From NCBI GenBank assembly GCA_044226015.1, contig JBGAHS010000003.1, forward strand, positions 768,001 through 832,000: DNA of 64,000 nt, read 5' to 3'. Both the position numbers and the translations under genes were made by a program. Origin of the DNA: Candidatus Obscuribacteraceae bacterium. Its GTDB lineage: Bacteria; Cyanobacteriota; Vampirovibrionia; Obscuribacterales; Obscuribacteraceae. Shown one piece after another: positions 49,133 through 57,266 of the stretch (its first letter is position 1; every line of letters begins with the position of its first letter). The notes under the pieces were generated by a model. The model worked only from the letters and a program-made list of their open reading frames with translations. It made no database searches and was not told the DNA's origin.

Positions 49133-49340
49133 GTGCTTTTAGAAAAGCTGTAGAAAACTTGTAGGATCTCTGTAAGCGATCTGTTCATCAGGATCTTCCT
49201 GAAGATCACAAGTAGAGAAGATCATTCAACTCAATGACAGTTTTTCTACAGGTTAGATCTGTACTACGACTTCAATTCAAGACTTATCTACAGAAATCTG
49301 CGGAGCTTACTACTTCTATATTTATATTCTTAAGACATTA
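49133..49340. other. Replication origin oriC (dnaA-dnaN intergenic)
   Basis: DnaA-box-like 9-mers TGTAGAAAA (49149), TTTTCTACA (49242), TTATCTACA (49284). The last is followed by a GC spacer and a DnaA-trio/AT tract (CTTACTACTTCTATATTTATATT). Most core genes to the left are on the minus strand. Confidence 0.85.
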
Positions 49341-49472
49341 AGCTAACAGTTGCAGTTTAAAAAATGAAAGGCTCTTAAAGCTTGAAAGCCGCTTCTTAAG
49401 CCCTAGTTGGTTGCAATTCACCGCCAAAGCCGATAATCTGTGAGTATAGTTTTCTTCAACAGGTGAGCAGCC

Positions 49473-50663
49473 ATGCATTTTGCCATTCAGAAAGACGTTC
49501 TGGTCAAAGCTCTGAGAGATGTTAGTAATGCAATTGCCACTCGTGTTGTTCAGCCTGTATTGAGCAATGTGCTCATTGAGTCAGTCGACAATGTGACCTT
49601 GAAGTTCACCGGAACTGACCTCGACCTGACGATAAGAACCAGCTCACCGGCTGTAGTATATACATCGGGTGCGATCACCCTTCCGGGAAAGAAGCTGCTT
49701 GAAGTTGTTTCGAAACTCTCTAACGACCTTGTTTCTTTTCAGGTCAACCCAGAAACATTCGAAACCACAGTTACCTGTCAAAAATCAAAATTTTCAATTG
49801 CTGGCTTATCCTCGGAAGATTTTCCCAAGTTGGGTGCTGGAGCGAAAAGTGATGGTTTCTTGATGCCGACTGAAATTCTGCGTCGGGCAATTGTACAGAC
49901 ATCTTTCGCCGCTGCGAGTTATGATGTTGGTAGTATCATGGGCGGTGTCTACTTGCTTGTTGCTGATAGTGCATTTGAAGCCACTGCAACAGACTCTAGC
50001 CGTCTAGCTCACAGACATGAGGAGTTATCCGTTACTGCACCAGCAGCACGCAAAGCTGATGGCGAGCTTGAAGTAGAGGGAGAAACAAAATCAAGCACCG
50101 CTACTCTGGAAAAGCCGCAAGAACTTAAAGCTATTGTTCCTGCCCGAGCTTGTGGCGAGTTATTGAAGATATTCGACAGCAAAGATCCAGGAGCTCGCGT
50201 GAGAATCGTTGTAGCTGACGGACAAATCAGTTTTGAAAGTGACAGCCACTATCTCTGCAGTAGATTAATCGGTGGTGAATATCCGCGTTATCACGAACTA
50301 TTTCCGACTGAGTACAGCTACCTGGCACAGTTCAAGCGCGAGGATGTGTTGTCTGCAGTCGAGCGCGTAGCTGTTATGTCGGACGAGAGAACAAACCTTA
50401 TCAAAATGCATTTTGAAGGTGACTCCGTTCAAATTAGTTCAAACACTCCTGACCTTGGTAAGGCTCAAGAAGAAGTTCCGTGTCAATTTGAGGGACAGGT
50501 TCTTGATATTGCCGTTAACGTTCGTTACGTGCTTGACGTGCTACAGAAATTGAACGCTGAGTCTGTCCGGCTCGAAATGACCGGACCTTTGAAGCCACTG
50601 ATCTTCAAGGGTGATGCTGACGATAATTACAAATATCTATTGATGCCAGTTCAAGCTAGATAG
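49473..50663 (+). CDS. dnaN: DNA polymerase III beta sliding clamp
   Basis: Motifs GTDLD, ATDSSRL, SRLIGGEYP, YLLMPVQ; follows dnaA. Confidence 0.96.
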   Translation: MHFAIQKDVLVKALRDVSNAIATRVVQPVLSNVLIESVDNVTLKFTGTDLDLTIRTSSPAVVYTSGAITLPGKKLLEVVSKLSNDLVSFQVNPETFETTVTCQKSKFSIAGLSSEDFPKLGAGAKSDGFLMPTEILRRAIVQTSFAAASYDVGSIMGGVYLLVADSAFEATATDSSRLAHRHEELSVTAPAARKADGELEVEGETKSSTATLEKPQELKAIVPARACGELLKIFDSKDPGARVRIVVADGQISFESDSHYLCSRLIGGEYPRYHELFPTEYSYLAQFKREDVLSAVERVAVMSDERTNLIKMHFEGDSVQISSNTPDLGKAQEEVPCQFEGQVLDIAVNVRYVLDVLQKLNAESVRLEMTGPLKPLIFKGDADDNYKYLLMPVQAR

Positions 50664-50727
50664 TCGTGTGATATACTTCAATCCTCGGCTCACAGAGTGA
50701 GTCTGGTTTGCACGAAAAATTGAATAT

Positions 50728-50801
50728 GGGATCGTAGCTCAGTTGGTTAGAGCGCCTGCCTGTCACGTAGGAGGTCGCGGGTTCGAGTCCCGTCGGTCCC
50801 G
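50728..50801 (+). tRNA. tRNA-Asp(GTC), CCA not encoded
   Basis: Cloverleaf with GGGATCG/CGGTCCC acceptor stem, anticodon loop CTGTCAC and T-loop GTTCGAGTC. Confidence 0.97.
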
Positions 50802-50885
50802 TTTTTTTTTTGCCAATTCCGACGACATAAGTTTACTGCAATGCTTGCGCTTTGCAGTTTTTTGTTAGTTACTGAGAATTGGATT

Positions 50886-52850
50886 TCAGTCGAGATGCTT
50901 GGCAGATTTTCTAGAGCCACTTTCTAAATCTGCGAAATATTGTTTTGCCTTTTCGAGCCCCTCAACCATACGTTCTTGCCGCCTGGAGCTCTCCAGTGAG
51001 TCTAGATAGGCTTGCCACGCAATCAAGGTTTGCTTAGCGTTCTTGAGGTCTTTGAAGTTATCTGCATAGATGTGGAAACTGAGGTAGTAATACAGATTCA
51101 GTCGATGCATATGAGGATTGATGATTTTCTCGTTGTGTTCTTTCGCCAGTTTTGAGTACGCAGCAAACTTTTCATGGTCGCCTATTTCCGCGTAAGAAAC
51201 CATAAGAGCAAGAAGAACACTCGACTTCTGCAGCAACGTTAAGGACTCAATTGCTGCGTGATGTTTTTCTACCAGCGAAAGTTCTTTTTTCGCATTTGCT
51301 ATGTCTTGGCCTCTATAGCAAGCAATTCTCGCTGCGATCAAATGAAAGTAGAATTCGCGGACGTTCTTTGGAATTGGGTCTTTCTCAAATAGAGGTTTCT
51401 GTCTGTTTAACAGATTTTGAGCCTCTGGAGTGCGGTTCTTTTCTCGCATCAGCTCGACAAGGTCGAGTAACGATTGCAGAGCGTCCAAGTAATAGCCGTT
51501 GTTTCTTTGTATCTGAATGAGATACTCATCCATTTGAAGAATTTCTGCTTCCGTAAGACCAAAAGCAGTAGCGCGAATTTCGAGGCTCACTCTTTCGAGA
51601 TTATCGAGCTTCGGGTGCGTCTTGTCTGTAATAAGTGCAAGTTTACGCAAGAGATCTAGATTTTTCTTGCTAACGTCAGTTGTAATTGCGTTTGACGGAT
51701 AGCCGTGTGCCAGTAATTTCAGAGCGCGTTCCATGTAGATATTTGCTTGCTGATTGCGACCACGTGAAGCGAATGATTCAGCCATATTCACTAATTGCTC
51801 TATCTTGCTGCTCGTATTTTTTCGATTCTCAATAGTAGCTGGAGGTTTATTGGGTGGTGGAGAATGAAATCGCCTTTTTTGTATTGAGAATAGTCCAATC
51901 GCGGCAAACAATAGAAAAATCAGCGCAAGAGTAGGAGCCAGGCTTATGCGGCTTTCTTTCTTGCGTAATTCTTTGATGGCTATGTCTTTTGCAGAAAGAT
52001 CGCCAGAGTTTAATCGTTGCAACGTGGACAATAGCTCGGCCATAGAGACAAAGCGATTCTCTGGGTCTTTTTGAATTGCTTTTAAAACTATGTGTTGAAG
52101 CTCCAGAGGAACATCATCGGGCAGCTGCTCGGGCGCAGAATGAAGATGCTTATGCAAAATAGACATCGGATTTTCTGCATCGAAAGGCACTTTTCCAGAG
52201 AGCATCTCGTACATGATGCAAGCTAAGGCATAGATATCAGTGCGTTCGTTTGCCTTGTTTCCGGTGCACAGTTCTGGTGCCATGTAATGGATGCTTCCAA
52301 TTAAAGTACCTGTCTGCGTAAGCTTTTGCGGAGCCTGTTCGCCAGAGTTGTATGCAATTCGAGATAAGCCAAAATCAAGCACTTTTACTAAGTCTGGCTC
52401 TGGCGCTTGCAGCAACATTATGTTTTGTGGCTTGAGGTCACGGTGGATAATTCCGCGTTCGTGAGCGTATTGTGCTGCCGCACAAATCTGCATTACGATA
52501 TTGATCGCTCGCTTCCAGGGAATTCTGCCTGTCTTCGTCAATTCATCTCCGAGCGATGTACCCTCGAGAAATTCCATTGCCATATATGGTTGCTTGTCTT
52601 CAATCAAACCAACGCTGTAGACCGACACAATATTTTTATGGCTGAAAGAGGCTAATATTCTAGCCTCCCGTTCAAATCTAGCCCTGCTATCTTGTGAGAG
52701 AAGTCCATCAATACGAAGTACTTTGACTGCGACAATGCGAGTAAGTTCCGCATGCTCGGCTTTGTAAACGGTTCCTAGACCGCCCGAGCCGATGAGTGCG
52801 AGCACTCTGTATTTCTCATCAATTACGCTGCCAACGCGGAAGTCCTGCAT
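50886..52850 (-). CDS. Hanks-type Ser/Thr protein kinase with TM and helical C-terminal domain
   Basis: Motifs GSGGLG.VY, VAVK, HRDLKPQN, DFG, YMAPE; TM at about aa 303-322. Confidence 0.92.
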   Translation of the reverse strand: MQDFRVGSVIDEKYRVLALIGSGGLGTVYKAEHAELTRIVAVKVLRIDGLLSQDSRARFEREARILASFSHKNIVSVYSVGLIEDKQPYMAMEFLEGTSLGDELTKTGRIPWKRAINIVMQICAAAQYAHERGIIHRDLKPQNIMLLQAPEPDLVKVLDFGLSRIAYNSGEQAPQKLTQTGTLIGSIHYMAPELCTGNKANERTDIYALACIMYEMLSGKVPFDAENPMSILHKHLHSAPEQLPDDVPLELQHIVLKAIQKDPENRFVSMAELLSTLQRLNSGDLSAKDIAIKELRKKESRISLAPTLALIFLLFAAIGLFSIQKRRFHSPPPNKPPATIENRKNTSSKIEQLVNMAESFASRGRNQQANIYMERALKLLAHGYPSNAITTDVSKKNLDLLRKLALITDKTHPKLDNLERVSLEIRATAFGLTEAEILQMDEYLIQIQRNNGYYLDALQSLLDLVELMREKNRTPEAQNLLNRQKPLFEKDPIPKNVREFYFHLIAARIACYRGQDIANAKKELSLVEKHHAAIESLTLLQKSSVLLALMVSYAEIGDHEKFAAYSKLAKEHNEKIINPHMHRLNLYYYLSFHIYADNFKDLKNAKQTLIAWQAYLDSLESSRRQERMVEGLEKAKQYFADLESGSRKSAKHLD

Positions 52851-52853
52851 ATT

Positions 52854-55451
52854 TTATGACAGCAAGTGCGTCAGGTTTGCGCTTTCGCGCGCGACGAAAG
52901 CATTTGCAATTTTTAGCGTCTCTAGATTTTGGGCCAGACCCTTTTCATTCCCTTTAATATTGTTGGCTGCAAAAAATTCGCTAATTTCCTTTTCCATGTC
53001 GGGGTCGACCAGACAAGTTATACCTTCGCAAAGCCTGATTACGCCCTGCAGAGGCAACATTTGAACCAGTTTGTCCCAATTGGTGCTGAGGAAATTCCAG
53101 CTGAGTTTTGCGCCTTCTATATTGAAGAAGAAGGCACGAAGCACCTGGGGTATGTCCTGAGTTTTGATTTCGCCATCCAGGATGGAGAGAAGGGTCTTGC
53201 GAATGAGTTGGTGGTCGCGGAATGATGTTAGCGCGAAGAGAAATCTTGATTCTTCTTGCGGAGTTTTTGCGTTCTTTCTAAGTTGCAAAAACTGCTCGTA
53301 ACGCTGTTCGTCACCATGGCTTGCTATAAGCTCAACGACTGCTGGAAGTAGGTTTGCTGAAATAGCGCTGCTGTCCTTGAGGTATGCAGTCCAAAGTTCA
53401 TCAACTTTATCGCGTACATGTTTGTCGCCAAAACTTCCAAGAGTGGAGATAATTGATGCACGTAATTCGCTAACTTGAGCTGGCTCAGAGTCCTTTTCTT
53501 GCCAGCCCAGCTCGCTGAGCACCGGCGACAAAAGTGATTGAACCAGGTGGCAGAGCGATGAAACTTTGCCTGGCGAGGTCGCTTTGCAGATGCGACGCAA
53601 ATAACTGAAGGAAGCATTGATAACGGAGAACACATTGCTATCTCGTTCCAAAGGAATTACCTTTCTAATGCTTGATAGATAATCTTGCAGACTCACAGCA
53701 CCAGATTGTGTAGCTGCCCAGAGGTCGCTGACCAGATTGAAGCGTTCGGAGCCCGTAAGTGCTCCTAGGTTATTGAGAAGGGCTTCTCTAAGCTCGTTGC
53801 TGTAAGCGATTCTGAGAAAGCCGCGTCCCTCTGAGTTTGCAACAATACTCTCAGCGCTATGTGCTATGTGGTACGTTTCTTGCTCTTGTATGAGATTGAA
53901 ATATTTTGAGGTGGTATTGCCAGTAGTGCTACGGAAAGAAAGCGGAACGTGCCAGATTTGTTTTGCCGCATTGGATTCGTTCAGATATCTAAAGGCAGTT
54001 TGGCTTACGACGACGCTTTCGTCACCCGCCTTTTCCACCTTGATTAGCGGAAAACCTTTTTGATAAACCCAGGTATCCATCAAACTTGCTACAGGTATTT
54101 GTAAGCCGTTTTCTGCAACAGCTTCGTCTAGGGCTTTCCAGAGATCGCTGGTTTCTGTATTAGCGTAAGCGTGTCTGTTCATATAAATACGACAGCCACG
54201 CCGGAAAACGTCTTCTCCGACATAAAGCTCGAGCATCCTCAGAATAGCGCAGCCTTTCTCGTAAGTAAGAACATCGAACATCGCTCTTGCATCTTCCGGG
54301 CTGGCAACGGGAAATTCTATGCTGCGGCTGGCATGCAAACCATCAATTCGCATAGCGCCAGCTTTCTCAATATTGAAGTCTTCCCAAAATTTCCAATCAG
54401 GGGCAAAAGTGTCCACCGCTTTAGCAGCCATAAAAGTGGCAAATGCCTCGTTTAACCAGAGTCCATTCCACCAGTCCATGGTGACGAAATCTCCGAACCA
54501 CATGTGCGCATTTTCGTGACTGATTACTTCAGCTACGCGCTTTTTTTCGGCATGTGTTGCGCGATTTTCATCGAGTAAGAGAGCGGTCTCTCGGAAAGTT
54601 ATAGCACCGAAGTTTTCCATTGCTCCGGAAGCGAAATCGGGAATCGCTATGAGGTCTAGCTTATTCGACGGATAGTCGATATTGAAGTATTCGGCAAAAT
54701 AGTCGAGAGAATCTTTGGCCCATTTCAGTGCAAAAGAGCTCATGTGTTGTTTGCCCGGAACAGACCAGACTCGAATCTCTGCACCGCTCTTTGAGTTGAC
54801 TGGTTCAGAACTTTCAAACTTGCCAACTACATACGCAACCAGGTAGCTAGACATCTTAATTGTTGGCGCGAACTTCACAAGCTTTTTGCCGTCTGAGAGA
54901 GCTTTTTCCTCAAGCAATGAGCTGTTGGAAATAGCGCAAAGATTTTCGTCGATGACCAGTGATACTTCAAAAGTTGCTTTGAATTTTGGCTCATCAAAGC
55001 AAGGAAAGGCTCGTCTGGCGTCGCTCGGCTCGAATTTGGTTGTAGCTACGAATTGTTCTGTTCCTTGAGCATCTTTATAGGAACTTCGGTAAAAGCCGCG
55101 AAGTTTATTATTGAGTATTCCATCAAAAGTCAGTTCTAGTGCGTATCTTCCAGCTGCGATTTCTTTACCAGGAAGAACGCTGACTTCCTGCCGCTCGTCG
55201 TTATGTTCAACGTAGCAGGCTTGCTCAAAATCTGTGGCACGAAGAACAGCGCGGTGAATTGCAATTTCGGCTGCGTGGAGAGTTATTTTTGATATCGGTT
55301 CGGCAATATCAATGTCGATGATTTCTTTGCCCGAGAAGCGTGCATTTTGAATGTCAGGAGTGACCTCTATCTTGTAGTGGCTCGGACGAACAGTGTCCGC
55401 CAGGCGGGTATTTTTGTGGCTTGCTTCAAGTGATTGTTGTATTGAGCACAT
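52854..55451 (-). CDS. pepN: M1 family aminopeptidase (puromycin-sensitive/ERAP-like)
   Basis: Motifs GAMENFG, HENAH...LWLNEAFA, YEKG; ERAP1_C-like tail. Confidence 0.92.
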   Translation of the reverse strand: MCSIQQSLEASHKNTRLADTVRPSHYKIEVTPDIQNARFSGKEIIDIDIAEPISKITLHAAEIAIHRAVLRATDFEQACYVEHNDERQEVSVLPGKEIAAGRYALELTFDGILNNKLRGFYRSSYKDAQGTEQFVATTKFEPSDARRAFPCFDEPKFKATFEVSLVIDENLCAISNSSLLEEKALSDGKKLVKFAPTIKMSSYLVAYVVGKFESSEPVNSKSGAEIRVWSVPGKQHMSSFALKWAKDSLDYFAEYFNIDYPSNKLDLIAIPDFASGAMENFGAITFRETALLLDENRATHAEKKRVAEVISHENAHMWFGDFVTMDWWNGLWLNEAFATFMAAKAVDTFAPDWKFWEDFNIEKAGAMRIDGLHASRSIEFPVASPEDARAMFDVLTYEKGCAILRMLELYVGEDVFRRGCRIYMNRHAYANTETSDLWKALDEAVAENGLQIPVASLMDTWVYQKGFPLIKVEKAGDESVVVSQTAFRYLNESNAAKQIWHVPLSFRSTTGNTTSKYFNLIQEQETYHIAHSAESIVANSEGRGFLRIAYSNELREALLNNLGALTGSERFNLVSDLWAATQSGAVSLQDYLSSIRKVIPLERDSNVFSVINASFSYLRRICKATSPGKVSSLCHLVQSLLSPVLSELGWQEKDSEPAQVSELRASIISTLGSFGDKHVRDKVDELWTAYLKDSSAISANLLPAVVELIASHGDEQRYEQFLQLRKNAKTPQEESRFLFALTSFRDHQLIRKTLLSILDGEIKTQDIPQVLRAFFFNIEGAKLSWNFLSTNWDKLVQMLPLQGVIRLCEGITCLVDPDMEKEISEFFAANNIKGNEKGLAQNLETLKIANAFVARESANLTHLLS

Positions 55452-56004
55452 AACTCCTCCATTGAGGACATCAATTATAAGCTCTTGATCATTGATGGAG
55501 ACCGAGCTTTCATCAATCTTTCAGGCAAATCATCGCAGCGGAAAAAGTCGCTGCTTGCATGTTTTGGCCCATGACACGATCTTGCAAAGTTAGATAGAAC
55601 ACTGCTCTTGAGGTTTCCAAGGTGTGCGAGCTGAGCAAATGCCCTTTTCGAAACTAGCCAAGATGAGTGAACTTTAGTGCATCTTGTCATGTTATAGAAG
55701 GCCTTAAGGTTGATCTGAAATGCCCGTCCTTTATAGATTTTAGTCCTGTATTCATCTCTCCCAGAACTAAATCGGTGCCCAGCAACTAAGAAATCTCAGT
55801 TCCAACTATCTGTCTGTCAAAAGACCTGGCTGAGCATCGACTAGAGATGAGTGTAGTGTTCTGCTGATCTAATGGTTCCAGTTGGAAGCTTCGACTGTGA
55901 CTGTTGGATTGGTTTGTTTCGGGTGCAGTTTTCTCTGCGCCTGGTTTCTAGCGTCCATCTAACCGAGACGGCACTGCTGTGCGTCTCACACAAGGAGAAT
56001 CAGT

Positions 56005-57096
56005 ATGTCCAACAAGATCGTTCACGCTCGCCACCTCGCCGGCGTCCTCCCTCCCTACCTGCTGCTCGAGCTCGCTCTGCGCAACCCGGAGAACCCGCAG
56101 TACGCCGCCACGCTCGCCGAGACGCAGCGCCTCTTCGGTGCTTCGTCCTTCCGTCTGAATCCGCACAATCGGTTCGTCGGCGCCGGCAAGAGCAGCATCG
56201 AGGTCTACGACGCCAAGGCTGGCAGCAGCCGCCCGGGCACCAAGGCTCGCTTCGAAGGTGAGCCCGCCACCGGCGACACCGACACCGACAATGCCTACGA
56301 CTTCACGGTCGCCGTCCGCAAGTACTACACGGACATCCACGGTCGCAACGGCATCGACGGCAACGGCATGCGCATGGTGAGCACGGTCAACTACGGCCGC
56401 GGCTACAACAACGCGTTCTGGGATGGCTCCCAGATGACCTACGGCAAGGGCGACCAGCAGATCTTCGCGTCGTTCGTCCTGCTCGACGTGTGCGGTCACG
56501 AGATCACGCACGGCGTCACGGAGTTCGAAGCGAACCTGCGCTACTACAAGCAGGCCGGCGCCCTGAACGAGAGCCACTCCGACGTGTTCGGCAAGCTCAT
56601 CGAGGCCTACATGAAGAACCAGCCGGCTGACCAGATCGACTGGGTGCTCGGCCGCGGCATCTTCATGCCTGGCATCAAGGGCGAGGGCATCCGCAACATG
56701 CTCCACCCCGGCACGGCCTACAACGACTCGCGCCTCGGCAAGGATCCCCAGCCGGATCACATGTCGAAGTACAACAACACCTCCGGCGACAACGGTGGTG
56801 TGCACTACAACTCGGGCATCATCAACCGCGCGTTCGCCAACTGGGTGCTCGCGCTGGGCGGCTTCGAGTGGAAGAAGGCTGCGAAGATCTGGTACGCGGC
56901 TCGTGCTGCGGCTGGTTCGAACCCGTCGTTCGCCAACCACGCCCACCAGACGGTCGAGGCCTGCAAGGTCATGGGCACCGCCGATGACCTGAAGAAGCTC
57001 AAGGATGCCTGGGAGCTGGTCGGCGTCACCCCGAGCGCCCTCACGTCGCACGACAACGACGGCGAGGACGACAGCGACGGCATCGAGACGGAGTAA
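56005..57096 (+). CDS. Protealysin-like M4 family zinc metallopeptidase (second copy) with acidic tail
   Basis: VLPPYLL propeptide motif, NAFWDG, HEITH, NESHSD, GGVHYNSG; AAGGAG RBS. Confidence 0.92.
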   Translation: MSNKIVHARHLAGVLPPYLLLELALRNPENPQYAATLAETQRLFGASSFRLNPHNRFVGAGKSSIEVYDAKAGSSRPGTKARFEGEPATGDTDTDNAYDFTVAVRKYYTDIHGRNGIDGNGMRMVSTVNYGRGYNNAFWDGSQMTYGKGDQQIFASFVLLDVCGHEITHGVTEFEANLRYYKQAGALNESHSDVFGKLIEAYMKNQPADQIDWVLGRGIFMPGIKGEGIRNMLHPGTAYNDSRLGKDPQPDHMSKYNNTSGDNGGVHYNSGIINRAFANWVLALGGFEWKKAAKIWYAARAAAGSNPSFANHAHQTVEACKVMGTADDLKKLKDAWELVGVTPSALTSHDNDGEDDSDGIETE

Positions 57097-57116
57097 TCTC
57101 GGCTCGATGTGACTAA

Positions 57117-57160
57117 AGAGGAGGGATGGGAGCTTGCTCTCATCCCTCTTCTGTTTTTTT
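57117..57160 (+). terminator. Intrinsic terminator
   Basis: AGAGGAGGGATGGGAG-cttg-CTCTCATCCCTCTTCT followed by GTTTTTTT. Confidence 0.8.
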
Positions 57161-57266
57161 CCGGTGCGAAAAATGCACCCATACGCAGGCCCGGTTTTCT
57201 GGTGGGGACGTAGTACCACCGACTTCGGGCCTTCGTGCTTTGACAAACATTCACGAAGGAGCCAAC

